From Bilabrum cf. latius (Eukaryota), in contig OZ237738.1 of NCBI GenBank assembly GCA_965178125.1, forward strand, positions 434,001 through 498,000: 64,000 bases of DNA, given 5' to 3'. Positions within the stretch are counted from its first letter, which is position 1, and every line of letters starts with the position of its first letter. Below the pieces are notes generated by a model. That model saw only the letters and a list, made by a program, of their open reading frames with translations, did no database searches and was not told the origin of the DNA. This document shows, one piece after another, positions 1 to 13,300 of this stretch. The position numbers were made by a program, and so were the translations under genes.

Positions 1-2
1 GG

Positions 3-587
3 CACGACTTGCTCGACAAGAAGCGGACGGGGGCCAGCCACGTGATTCGGACTGCTTCCTAGGAGGGCAGGCAGTACTTCGTCATCACGCCCAAGCTGCT
101 GCCCGACCTGGCGTACGACGACCACTGCCGGGTGCACGTCATCCTGAACGGGACCCACGTCTCTCAGCCTCACCAGCTGAGCAGCTCACTGTACGACCTG
201 TCCGCTAGCACGCTGTCTGCCCTGCCGGCGGGTCATGCGAAGGGGGCTGGGGCGGGTGTGGGGATGGGGATGGGCTCTGCGCGCGGGGGTGGTGCGGGTC
301 GCAAGCGGCGGCGAGGCGACGAGGAGGAGGAGGACGAGGGCACGCCGGAGCCGGAAGACTGGACAGCGGATGAGTTGGAGGAAGGCGATGAAGATGAGGA
401 CGAGTTCGAGCCTAGCAGCAAGGCCAGCTCTTCCTCCTCCTCCTCCGCTTCTTCCAAGGCAGCGTCCCAGAGCAAGTCACGCAGGACTGGTGCTGCGACA
501 TCCAAGCAGGCGGGCAGGCTGAAGAAACGAGCCAGGAAGGAAGCCTCGGCAGGCAGCGATTTTTCGTCCTCGGATATTGATCTTTGA
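3..587 (+). CDS. SMC5: SMC5 structural maintenance of chromosomes protein 5, C-terminal end (gene starts before the window)
   Basis: Frame from nt 3 reads ...RTAS(TAG 60-62)EGRQYFVITPKLLPDLAYDDHCRVHVILNG, matching the SMC5 C-terminal QYF.ITPKLL.DL.Y motif. An acidic/basic low-complexity tail follows, ending in TGA 585-587. Confidence 0.8.
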
Positions 588-793
588 TGTTACAGCTTTG
601 ATGTCATGTGCATTTTGCTTGTTCCTGTCAATTCATCGTTATTTCCTATCATTCTCTGGGTCGGACCCATACCTACCGACACGGTACGATGGTGGCTTGA
701 AGCCAGCTCTGCAGAAATGGCATGAGTAGGACAAAATAGATGTGCGAGTGCGTTGCGAGTTGTTGCGCATCTCCCAAGAGGCGCCGGGCTTGC

Positions 794-1224
794 TCACTCC
801 TTCATTCTGCACACACAAAGATGATGTCGCAGTTTCAAGTAGCCATGCTCGCATCCAGGACAAGGCATGAAATGATTTGCATCCTTTATTTGCTTCTGCA
901 ACGCCATCTATCTGGTTCGCTTCCTCGCGTGGGATACCTGCGATGTTGTTGGAAATCAGCCGACAGCAGCGGGTCCTCTTGTCAGCATGTCTCACGGCCC
1001 AAGTGAGCCCAGTCAAGTGCACAACTTACCTTTTGCTTGGGCACCGCTTTCAGTACTCCTTCCTTCCACTGCTCCAGAACATCTAGCAGCGGGACATGGT
1101 CGAGCTGTTGGCCGACACCAGCTGCCGCTAACTAGAGCCCAGGGTCATGACGAGGGACAAGTCCTACATGCTGCAATAATTCTCGCGAAGCCAACGCTAA
1201 ACGACGAAATCCAGCCCTTGCCAT
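794..1224 (-). CDS. MRPL32: Mitochondrial ribosomal protein bL32m, 112 aa, 2 exons (1224-1030, 937-794)
   Basis: Absent from the ORF track. Spliced, TAG=Q translation: MARAGFRRLALASRELL...KAVPKQK|VSHARKRTRQMALQKQIKDANHFMPCPGCEHGYLKLRHHLCVCRMKE. It shows the bL32 AVPK..S..RKR.R motif, the CxxC...HHLCxC zinc site and an Arg-rich presequence. In-frame TAG at 1132-1134 and 908-910; TGA stop. Confidence 0.88.
938..1029 (-). other. Spliceosomal intron (92 nt, phase 0) in MRPL32
   Basis: GTAAGT...ATCGCAG; removing it joins AVPKQK to VSHARKR in frame. Confidence 0.85.
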
Positions 1225-1369
1225 CGTTTGTACAGGCTCTCTTTGTTTGCCGATGGCTTCTGCGCTCCGAACCTATTGTGGAACGTTCGTCGTTTTGCCG
1301 TTTCGTCAAACCGAAGACTTGACAATATTATTCGAGGTAGACACAATTTTCGATGAATTATTGAGAGTT

Positions 1370-4300
1370 ATGGAAGCAAATAATAGTGCGTCCTCCAATT
1401 CTGTTCGTCAGTCCCTACAAATTGCTGAGCTATCCAAAAAGCAGGCTGAACTTGTTGCCAGGATACAGGCTCGGCAAAGCAAGGCTGCCAAGCAGCTTTG
1501 GGATCTGCAGGACTCTCGCAACTAGAAACAGCGAGTTGCTGTACACAAGTAGCAAGCCGATGCCGACATCCTTTTGCAACAAAGGAGACAGCTGGGGTAC
1601 TGGACCAGGATGACCGGTACCCGCTCGGACCCATTCCAGGAGTCCTTCAAGGACAATTGTCGCGAACTCAAAGTATGGCTGGCAGCCGTGCAGGAACTTC
1701 GAGGCGTTTTGGAATCCGACCCGGCGGCGAGCGAGTTGGAAATCGGTCGCGTGGATGGCGGCTTCGAGCGCAGCACTGTGGAATCTGCGCGCCGCCTGGC
1801 TTATCTCATGGCTGCATAGTCTCTCTCTCATCATTTGGAGGATGCAATAATTCAATGGAGGCACGAATTGGAATCATACCGCGAGCAGCACCGCCGTTTG
1901 TTTGCGCAGAAACGCCGGATGGAAGCCGTGCTCTCCTCGCTCGGAGCAGCTGCTCGCGTCAGCTTCGAGAAAGACCTGGAAGAACAGGAAGCCAGACTGC
2001 ACCAGCAGGACCGTAGGGTACAAGCAGCTCGCAGGGATGCCGCTTCCCTGCAGCGCTCATCGAGCGCGTGGCTGGACTCGGAGTGGAGGGACACGAGCCA
2101 CCTGCCCCCTCCGCACCCCTCGCTCGGTTTCCTGCCTGACGAGTGCAGCGCCGCGGAGGCCCTGGATTGGATCGACAAAGCCACTGCCATGGGTGACAGG
2201 GAAGCGTTTCCAATCAAGCCGGCCAACCTAGACGCACTCGTCACACATCAAGTCCCAAGCACCACTGCCAGTGGTGCCGCCTCCGGAGGTATTGAATCCC
2301 AACAACACGCAGCCAGCGTAACCGGTGGCTCGGCCTAGGCCGGTGCATCCGCATTGGAGTCCAGAGACTACCCCAGCCGTCGCGAGGGAAGCAGCGATCG
2401 GGGCCAAGTGCTCCAGCAACGGCCAGGATCGGGCCACGCCAAGCGCCGCCTCACGCCGCAGATTGACAGCCTGCGAGATGTCGCGCCAAGACCAGCATAC
2501 TCCCCTTTGCCACTCGTGTCCCCCTTCTCGGCCGATGCTTAGGAAGGCAGACGCAGCGCGGCCAGTTTTCAGCACGGGCTCGCTGGCGGGATCGTCACTG
2601 GGGACCCCATCGGGTTCGTCCAGGAGAGCCAGGCGTTCACGCCCAGCACTCCTGCTACCATCACGCCCAACGCATTTCGAAGGCAGTTCGGCACATTTGG
2701 CACGCAGCTACCTGAGTAGCTCCACGCGGGTACCTCCTAGTCGCGCGAGTCTCGCTTGCCGGGCGCACTAGGCACTAGGAGACGTGCTTGGGATCCTGTC
2801 GCGGGCTAGCAACTGGATCCGGATCCGGATGGCATTTCTCCACACCGTCAGGACCAATCGCGACCGCGGACGGAGCCGAGCCGGAGCCGCAGAAGCGGCC
2901 GTGCTGATGAGGTAGAAACCAAAGTAGAGGCGGTAAGAAGCCCGCTTGGTCCTGTCAGACACCCGCTGGCTGATAGCATGGGCAGCCTGCCAGCGGCACA
3001 GCGCGCTGATTCTATTTTGGGCATTCGTAACACCCCTCGGCACGCTGGAAACAGTCTGCCGCGAGTCAGGGGTTTTGGCAAGCCGCCGCCAGAGGGGAAA
3101 GCAGAGATGCGCAAGCGGCAGCGAGATGATGCGGCCCGCACGAGGCGAAAAGAGAAGCAAGAGTTGTCAAACTGGAGGGAGGTGCTTCTTGGTGACGACG
3201 GGAGGACACCGGCAGAGATCGCTGCCGCGACCCGTCGGGAGCTCTTCAACGAGGAGGTAGAGGAGGAAGAGGACGAAGTCGGTGTGCAGTCCGATCAAAA
3301 AGCACCAGCCGGAGAGTTTGGACGTTCTACTCTAGGCACAACGCTGAGACATTGTACGAGGGATGCTTCGGCCGTTATTCAGATGCAACTCGACAAGCAG
3401 TACTCGCGGCTCATGCAAGAAAGCATAAACGGCACAGCGACAGCTGAGATGCGTATGCTGGCTCTGGCCCGCGAACGGAAAGAGGAACACGATTTCACGA
3501 GGGAGAGGGAGGCCAAGCGATTGGCAGTGCAGGGCCGAGCATCTTCTACCCGCGGGTCGGAGCAGGCGAGCAGACCCGGTGTGTCTGGAACACTCGATTC
3601 GTCTCGTGCGAGCGAACTCCACGTGACACAGCAGAAGTACGAGATGCCGAGAGATCTCGTGGAAGCAGCGGGTTCTGCGGCACGGGAGTTTGCTTCAGCA
3701 GTTGGTGACTTCGCCGCTCTCAAAGCGAGACCCCAAGTGAATGGCACTCGACCGCCATCCTTGCCGCATGGTAGTCCGTAGCGAGGGAACACGGGCATGA
3801 ATGACCCGCTGTTTGCCGTCACGCGAACCTCCAACCCCTCCCTGCCCAGAGTGGATCCCGAGTTTGCGGCGGGAATCCCAAAGGACGGCAGCAAGCGCAC
3901 CTCCACCCTCACCCGAACGTTCTTCAAGAGTGAGTCAGAAGTTGCGGCAGCCCTCAGCAGCAGGCTCAAGCAGCAGGCTAGCCTTGAGACCAGAGTGCTG
4001 CGAGCCATGGTCAAGCGCCAGCTCATCGTGCAGCAGCTGCGTAGCGCATGCGCTGATGTGAAGCAGTGGTAGGAGGAGGCAATGTCAGTCGGAGCTGAAG
4101 CCTCCGTCACAACGATAAGGGCAGAAATGACCCGGTAGCAGGCCGTGCGGCAGTCTATGGACGACTCGCAAGACGTGACATTGATGCCGGATCACCTTAC
4201 GGACGCCGCTGTTAACCCTTACACACGAGCGCAGCAAGCCTCACAGCAGCCCGTTGATGCGCAGAGTCACGCGGACGATACCGCCAACCACGATCAAGTT

Positions 4301-7300
4301 GCTGATTCGATTCTAGAGGGCGTTGGAGTGGATCCCAGTCGGAGCCATGACGATTTTTTCCATGGCCAAAGTGCGGCAAGGGAAGCCATGCGCCTGTGCG
4401 CAACTAAAATCTTGCCGCTGTTTGGTGCGTACCGATCCGCTACAGTGCAGCTGGTTGAGTCTGTGCTTGCTTGGCAAAGCCACGAGAAGCAGCGCATGAA
4501 TGAAGCAAGGTCGAGGCGTATTCGGCTGCTTGAGCGAATCGCGGCTGAATCACAAGCTGCTAATTCCAACCGGCGAGTGCCAGGCGGTCAGAGCCCTGAC
4601 GCCGTGAAGCGTTACACCGTGCGGCTCCTGGTCAGAGGAAATCGGTTGTGGAAAGCTTCTCCTGCGTACAAACCGGTTATGGGCAAGCGGGGCTACAGGG
4701 CAGAGACCGGTCCATTCTACTCGTCAGATATAGTGTACGTCGGAACCTTCGACAGCGAGGCCGCTGCGCTCAAGGCCTACTCTGCTGCAACTGACACAGT
4801 GACAGCGGAGCGAGGTCTCCCACCTACGTCTGTGGGGCCTCCTCAGCTGATACAGCGAACGTACCCTAGCGGTGGAGGGGGTGGTGGTGATAGTTCTATT
4901 GGCGGTGCCGACGTTATGGCCATGGGTGGTAAGTCACCCGAGCCATCCACCAGTACCAAGGCCAGAGTGGGTCCCGACGGGCGCATGATCCTGGACTTCG
5001 ACTTGCAGACGCAAGGCATGCAAAACGTGGAAGAAGGGAGGCTCGGAATCGTGCCTGGACCCTCTGGCGAGGGCGCGTCCTCCTCACGGCAGCAGGCTCT
5101 CATGCAAGGCGGATCTATAACGAGCGTGCCAACGCTTGCGGCCCGCTCGATGGCAAAGAGTGGAGACTCGAGTCTGCGGCCAATTTTCAAAGTAGGTGGT
5201 GTTAGTTTGTTGGCGGAGATTGCTCGCGCTGAAGACCTAGGTTTTCTGAGACACTGCGACCCGCTTCGGGTGCTTACCGGCAGCACGTTTCGGTTCAGGC
5301 GAAATCCGCTGCTGCTGCACCCCATGTTGTTAGCAGCGATGCAGAGGACCCGCGGAGATCGCAAGGGCCTTGCTAGTGCTATCGTGGAGGCGATGGCCGG
5401 GGCAGTCGAGGCGCACGAGCAGCGCCTATCCCTGATTCCTCAGGCTATCCTTGACTTCGATGATGTGCCGCAGGGAGACGGATCGGAGGGACTGTCTGCA
5501 GACGTGCTGCATGAAGCAGAGGGGTCCGGCGTGTGGAATCCAGTAGGCATTCCAGCAGCTATGGTGCGTGTCCACAGACAGAAGCAGGCCATCAAAGTTG
5601 GTGAGATGTACGTCTCGCAGTAGTCCGCCGATGCTGGGATATCGTCACGTGTAGGCGTACAAGGTGCACCCATGCGAGACGGGTCTCTCCCGAGAAACCC
5701 ACTTGACCAAGACAAGAACGATAGCCGCGGACTTTCCTTTCAAGTTTTGGATATGGGTCGCGTCACAACAGCGTTTGAAACGCTACTAGTGGAAGAGACC
5801 GATTCTGCAGCGCTTGGTCGCGACTTGCGCGCCAAGGCAGATTCAACGGCACTCCGCGCTGCGATGGAGGTGGGTAAGCCCTAGGGCACTGCGGTTGGCT
5901 CATCTTCAGTGGGTCGGAGTGGCACGCTTGGCACGGTCGCTGAGGAAGAATTCAGCGTGTCGGGTTCTGATGCCGACAGCTCAGAGCCACAAGGCGACAT
6001 TGATGAAAGTGATACTGAGGGGTTAGGTAGCGGTGCATCATCATTTGACGCCGAAGATGAGCGCAAGAATCGAGTGCCGCGCAAAATACCAACGTCTCAG
6101 CTACGGGCTCGCCCCAAGCCACGTCGCAGAAAGAGACTGGGTGCTCACGTCGTTGACCTCATTACCGAGATGGAAGACTCCCAGCTCGATCATCACAAGA
6201 GCTCCACAGACCCGGAGCAGCTGCGTTCGAGCCGTCGGACTGGCCGAAGAAATTCGATCGCCTAGGCCTAGGCGCAGTTCAAGACCCGAGCGCAGCGCAA
6301 TCGTTTCGCACGCATGGGGCGAAGGAGATCTTCGGTGGTGTCGCAGTTTGCAGACGAGCAGCAAGTGCAGAGAGCCATGCTAGAAGCCAGGTCCCTGTAG
6401 GAAGCCGAAGTGCAGGAGAGGCAGGACAGGATAGCAAGGCGACACGCAACAGTGTTGCAGAATGCTTTCAGTGGAAATGCATAGTTGAGGAAGCTGAGCC
6501 AAACACTGAACCAGTCGCTGGGTCGGAGGCAAGCCGCAGCCCATGGCGAGCCCAGCCACGACGCTGTGGATGCACCCACGACTGCTCTTTCAACTAGCAC
6601 ATCTCTTGAGCTACCCGATTCCGGTATTGCGGAGCGGCATGATGCGCGAGTTGCAGCGGAGCGCGAGGCGCAGCGGGAAGAGGAAGCCAGGAAGAAAGCG
6701 CTGGTCAATCCATTCAGGAGGTGGACCAAGGGCCACGGCACTGGGTAGGAGGCGTTCGGTGGGCTTCCAGAGGACAGCGATACCCCGCAAACAGATTCGA
6801 GCGCTGTTACGGCAGCTGATGAAGCGCAGTCCGACAGCAGCTACGACCCCGTGCTGGACATGCTGCCAGAGGTACAGCAAGCCCTTGGCGTCCACTACAA
6901 GCCCGGCGAGCAGCCGAGGGGCAGGCAAGCCTCGAGCTTGTTAGTGACAGAAGACTCGGAGAGGGACCGAACAAGCGTGTCTCGGACCGACTAGCCGCCT
7001 GGAGACGTGTCTGTAGATCTCCATGCTGCCGCGGAGCTGGGCTTGTCAGCAGATGCCGCAGGCCGAATCGCAGCCAAAGTGCATGCCGAGAAGGCAGCAT
7101 CAAGCCTGGAGCTTGATAGGCAACGCGTACTGGCTGGTAGAAGGGATGCACGGAGACAGCAGCGCCTTCTGCGGAACACCAGGCAGGACTGGAGACGAGA
7201 GAAGCGGCTGCGGTGGACTCGACATCGCAAGGAAATCGAATTTGAGAGGGCAAGAGCAAAAAAGCACAAGGAGATGCAAGCAGCCGTGATGGCCCTCAAG

Positions 7301-10300
7301 TCATCCGGCAGAAGCATTTACAAGGCCGATGTGAACGAAGTCGATCCTGATGCAACTTCAAGCGAGTCAGATGACGATGTAGACGGGTTGATGAAGACCC
7401 GGGTAGTCGGTGCTATTGATGGGGCCAAGACCTCGAAAGTCGCTACCAAGTCCGATTTGCCCTTGGTTGTGCAAGTGCAGGGGGCTGGCTCGACGATGAT
7501 GGTGTCCATACCATCGCATTCATCAAGTGGTGCATCAAATGCTGCAGATGTCTTTGGTGATCCGCTGAGTAAGCCTGGCGCGTTCTCAACCGGTCATGGC
7601 AAGACAGACATGCGACAGCACGGCCGCCACTCGATGCGATACGAGCATGGGGTGCATGTCAACAAACGCGCCAGAATCATTCGAGATGAAAAGGAGCACC
7701 TGCTTCGAGCTGTGGTTCGTGCAGCGAGATAGTTTCGTACTAAACGGATTAGTCGGATCATCAAGAGGCTGCACGTGCTGGAGAGGCGAACGAGGGACCC
7801 GAAGGTGCCGGAGCGGATCCGATGGGCTGAAGCGGAGAAATCCTACATCTTTGCCGCCAGAAAAGCAGCGCCAGAAGCACAGAGACTCATTCGTGGGTTT
7901 TTAGCAAGGCAGAGGGTTAGAAACATCAAAACTGTCAACGGCGTTGCGAAACTCCGAGGTACGTATGTCCCGAATAGGCGCGTGCTGGCCGTGCACGCGG
8001 CAGCAGAGTTCCGCAAGGAAGTCATTGAGTCTGCCATCGAACGCTTTACACAGCAAAGTCGCCCTAGACACGCATGGTCTCACACCATGTCAAGATGCTA
8101 CTCTCCGATAGTGAATCTCGGTGGTTCTATAGCCGGTTCTGCAAGCAGTGCACTCAGAGCACTCAACGTGCCAAGGAAAACTGCTTTTTTCACAAGGAGA
8201 ACCACATCCAGATCTGCTGCGCGGGTGCATGAAGTTACAAGCCTTCGCGTCCGTCTATAGGCCTTAGAGGACCTGTGGAACTGCTGCTTGGTCTCAACTG
8301 TTGGTGGGCCACCTGCAGCTGCAGCAGTGCTGGCCATGCTCGTAGACCCGAGGTCAGCATCAATCGACCAACGGCTGCTTCGTGAAGCCAAGCTTGAAGC
8401 CCGTTCATTTGATCAGGCGCTTGCTTTGCTCCAGCTTGGCTCGCCTGGTCACGAAATGATGCAACTCAGCAGCGCATCGCTGTGTGAGACTGAGACGGGA
8501 GTTGCGCCATCACTCCGGGTGACGCAGACACAGATCGACTCTGTTATGATGAGTCCGGGGGGCGGGAAGCGCAGACCCAAAGCATTGCTTGGATAGCTGC
8601 GAACTGAGATGTTGCGAAGAGGAGTTACAGTGTCACGCGGTGGCTCTTTAGTACCCGTAGTGTTAGCTGGATACAGCGCATTGACTGCTGCAGAAAATGC
8701 AGGATAGTCTGAGAGAAGCGACGTCATCTCTGCGTAGATGCGCACAAGCGATCGAGAAGATATTTCTTAGAATGAAGTCCCGTTAGAGGTGTCACCTAGG
8801 TCTGTATCATCGTCTGAGGGCGGTCCCGAGTTCGACCTGATAGCCAGATCAAGAGAGGGACCTGCTGCTGAACAGGGAGGGCAGCGTCCGCCAACTGGGC
8901 TTGACGTAGCTCTGGCACGGCACGACGCGCTCCTCTCCAGCAAGCGCTCTCAGCTTGCACTGCCATCGGTTAGTGCGATGCAGCGTAAGCATTTCCTAGC
9001 CTCAATGAAACGACGCTCATCCGTGGATACATCTGGGACGAAGAGACTCAGCAAGGGTGCTGATGATGCTTCCCGACGCTAGCACAATGCCTCGACAGGA
9101 ACTGGCCACAAAAGTGCACCGCACCACCGACGAGCCAGCATCGCTGCAGCTGGGGCACAGCAGGAAGTCCACAAGTCGGGACGAGTGCCTGTTGGCTTGC
9201 TGTTGCCGCGGCCGGTAACCGACGCACCTGATCGGCTGCTGCTGGTAGCTCGATTTCACGGGGGCACTTGCACTGCGCGAGTTCTCGAGACTGAAGAGTA
9301 TGTGCGAGCAGCGACCAGTAGTGCGCACGGGACTGGCTTGGACCTCGAGAGCACACGGGCACGTATTGAGGGATTCCTGTCAGGGCAAGCCGCGTGCGAC
9401 CCACCCGTGATCGAAGCAGTCATTGCGCACCGATTTTCTGGACGATCATGCGGGTATGAGCACATTTTGGTGCCTCTAGAATCGGCGCCGGATGCTGGCA
9501 CATCGTTGGAGTTCAAGCCGTTCGCCGAGCTGGCAAAGGCCAAGCAACTAGCAGAATTAGCACGCACGGGTGCGCAGTCCACTGCGGCTTTGTCGAACAG
9601 CGCAAGGGCAGAACATAGCCAGGCCGTCTCTGCACTTCGTACCGTAGAGGCAACCTGCGAGGCAGCCAACCAGTAGTTTGCTGCGGCGCACTCCCGATGG
9701 ATCCAGGCAGTCGTTCGTCTTGCGGCTGCGGATGCTGCTGCGAGAGACCAGCTAGGATACTCGAAGAAGATTGCGAGCGAGTGGCGGGCGCCCCCAGCCG
9801 TAGACGAGAGACAAAGCCACGATCCAAAGGAGGATGCACGCGGACAGCTCACCCTATTGACGAAGCGAAGGCTTGCAGTTGCTCTGCAAGATTTTAAGCA
9901 GCAACGCAACGACAAGCACGCTGCCTATTTGGTTGCAAAGAGCGCAGCCACCGCGGCACGACAGGACTACGAAGTGTTCAGAGCCAGGTCGGAGCGCCTA
10001 CAATTAGCGTCTAAACTTAAAGAGAAGGATGCATTCCTAAAGGATAGAGTTTTGAGTGTGGCCCAAGCCGTGCATGATACCGTCCGAACCAGGGTCTGCG
10101 ACCGTGCTCTAGTGCGATGGAAGTTGAGATGCACGCAAAAGCCAGGGGGAACAGGCACCGCCTTGCCGCGAGATTTTACTCCATCGCAGGTTCCAGTGCT
10201 GCCTAGACAGAATAGCGTCTTTCGGCAACTGCAAGACCTTGACTCGGGCGGAGCTACAGGAGATACCGAGAGTGCACTTCACTGTCCGCCTCCGTGTGCG

Positions 10301-13300
10301 CTGCTTCCGATGCTCATGATGCGAGAAACGGACGCTGGATGTACAAGCGCCTGGCACGAAATGGCTGCGGAGTCGGACAATAGCGGCGCGACTTGGACTG
10401 CCTTCCTGTAGCCCCGCCAGGAAGAACCACTGCCGGTCCCAGGTCCTCCAGACGGAAGTTCTCAGCAATCATACCAGCTTCGCTTCAAAGACATCCCACT
10501 GCATGGAAGGTAGCTCTAGCGTTTTCGCGAAGATGTACTCCGCTTGCTATGGCTCCTTGGTCCATATCAGATCGTTTGCAGTGCCTCGGTGGGGGGCTCT
10601 GTGGTGACTCTCCGTGCTCTTGACGTCGCGCTTCTGCTTGCAAAGCATTCCTCCGCGACTTGGTTTGGCCAATTGAATCCCATGTTCGAGCCCAGATTGC
10701 GCGCAACTGTGTTATCCTGTCGCAAGCAGCTGGCTGAGACACATCGCCGCTTTGCAGGCGGTACCTCCGTAGAGGGTCGAGAGGATGCGTCAGTTCGTTG
10801 CCTTCATACAGTCTGCATGACCCTATTACAAGTCTTGACGGGCAGCTACAGAAACCGCGTGAGGTGCTCGAATGCTATGCCACACGTTCAGTGCGCTCGC
10901 AGACAGCTGCTCAGCCAGGTGCTTTCGGGCTGCGCGCGGTTCGCTTCCAGCCGGCAATCGCGGTGGAGTCTGCCGTTCCGCAGCGTGAATGGACTGGATT
11001 CCATGGCATGTGTGGTTTGGCCTGATGCTGGCATCGAGCTTCCAACCTCTGTTGTCTTCATGGGAGCGCATTCGCCCAGTGGACCAGTCCCGGTGACCGG
11101 CAGCGCGCATGCTGGGATGCACGAGTGCCAGTTTGATGGTGCGTCCGGGTTTGTGGCGCTTCAAAAGGCAGCACTGACGCCTGTTTGTGCTCGCCATAAC
11201 CATTTGTTTCAGTTGGATTCTTGGGTTCAAGTATCTTGGGAGGTGGGAGATGGGAGTCGCTTCGCAGTGGATGTTCCATTCGCTGACGTGCAGAAGGCTC
11301 TGGCTGTTGGTCTTGGTGAGATTGCGGCATACGAAGCAGGTAAGCAATTGCAAAATTTGTCGATACAGCAAGATTTGGTATCGTGGCTGCTACAGAGGCT
11401 CGTGTTCGTGGTGTCTCGAGATGGTACCATAGAGCGCCTGGCAGTATGGACCAACCCTGCAGACACACCTTGCCTAGTACTTACCACACGGCAGGCTCAG
11501 ATTGAACTTCCTGCGGTGTGCTGCGTCAGCCCTACTAGCTCTGAATCTACTTGTGTCACTTGCGAAATGAGCTTTGAGCGGGTAGTGTGCAACGCGACGG
11601 TGCTCTGTGGAGCACTTGGCTGGTACAAGGTCGACCTGACCATGCGATTACTAGCGAACGGGTCCGATGTTGAAGCGTCATGTAGCAATCTAGGGCAGTT
11701 GCCAAATGTACACGTTAGCATCAATGCAGTGCTCGACAAGAAGTTCATGGAACGAGTCAGTGAATACGCAATACAAGAGCTCAGCAGGAGTCGGATCGGG
11801 CTTGTCCATGCACCACCGCATGTTGGGAGGCTCATCGATGGACAGGCGGAAGGGGGAGACGTCGGGGTCTCAGCATTGTTTGTAGTACATGACATCCCAC
11901 CGCACTCATACGATGCGGCTTCCGTGCTGTACTCTGACCAGAATCTCATGCAGGTTGCTGGTAGGGGTGCCTCCGCTCGCTCCACAGCCTCCATCGATGA
12001 AGTAGAGCTCAAGCTTTCGTTCGACCGAGGCACCCATATCATCACCTTGCCGCTTTCGGATGCCGTTCGCATTGGTCAGGGAGCTTCTGTATTGCTTCAG
12101 AATGCTCAAGAAGATGTCGCGTAGGCTGGTATGTTGGTCCTGTCCAAGACTGCGGTCGGTGCGGCCGGTGTGGCGGCCAGCGGCATGGAGGAAGCCAAGG
12201 TGAAGATGAAGCAGTAGCACTCGTCAGGCTTGACGATTGGAAGCGGAAGATCGACCTCTAGTATGCCTGCAAAGCTGGTAGTCCAGCCGTTTCACTCGCT
12301 TACGCCGTAGGCGGCTTGGCCCGCATGGAGTGGGTTCGTGTCCTTACGAAGCAGTCCCTTGAGCCTTATGCCGGGCAGCAGCCGCGCAGGGCTTTTACTG
12401 TCATGGGTTCAGATCGCGCAATCGCCTCGAAGCGGTGAGTTGGTCGTATTTGCTTGGCCTGCCGTAGAAGCGACGAGGATTGCGAGGGATTTCTGCAGCG
12501 GCATCCGTGAGTGCACTCATCAACTGTACAAAGAACTCGAGGCAGTAGAAGCTACAGAGGCTGCAATTCTTCTGCGTTCCCTTGCGACTACTGTAGGGAA
12601 AGCTTACGTTGCTGCAAGGGGTGCAGCTTGGGCAAGCCACTCCCGTTAGCAGGCGCAGCTAAGGTAGATAGCGCGCGAGAATGCGCAGTTCAGAGAGGAA
12701 CGCACGTGTGCTCAACTGGAAGAATCGCCGTATTTGGTGGAAAATTCTAGACCAAGGCGTCATTTCTGTGAGGCAAAGCTCCGCGGCACAGCTAGTAGAA
12801 GCCAAAAGTATCTGGCGCATGGCACGCATGGGTCGCTAGAGCACCATGAAGACTTGCGAGACAAGGATTTATTACGGCCAGTTCTCCGTGATGGGCCTCT
12901 GTCCGACCCGTTTGTCGCCAACGCATGTGGCATCGCTCGCACGGCTATAGTTCGTGGTGCTGTATCCAACCAAGAGAAGAAGGGTGCCGGAAGCCCCACA
13001 CCCGCCGTTGAATGGAAGTCTGCTGCTCTGAATCGCGGGATGTGGGCACGCTTCGCCGCTCAGAAGTCAGAGTTGAAGCATCGCATTGTATGTGCTGAGT
13101 CCGTTCTCGGGATACGGCCTACTCTGCAGCACGCCATGGTCGACTCGTTGGCAGGGGAAGTGCTCTGTCCTTCGTCCCATGTGCTTGCGCAGCATTCCCC
13201 GGCACCGATTGTCGAGCTCGAAGCGACGCGATCCGCCAGTCTTCTGTTGGACCAGATTCGCGCGTGCCCTTCACCTGTGTGCGCTGTATTGGATTCGGAT

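Noticed and set aside
639-1022. 127-aa - strand ORF in the track
   Set aside because: Starts inside the MRPL32 intron and overlaps exon 2 out of frame; the spliced bL32 model explains the region.
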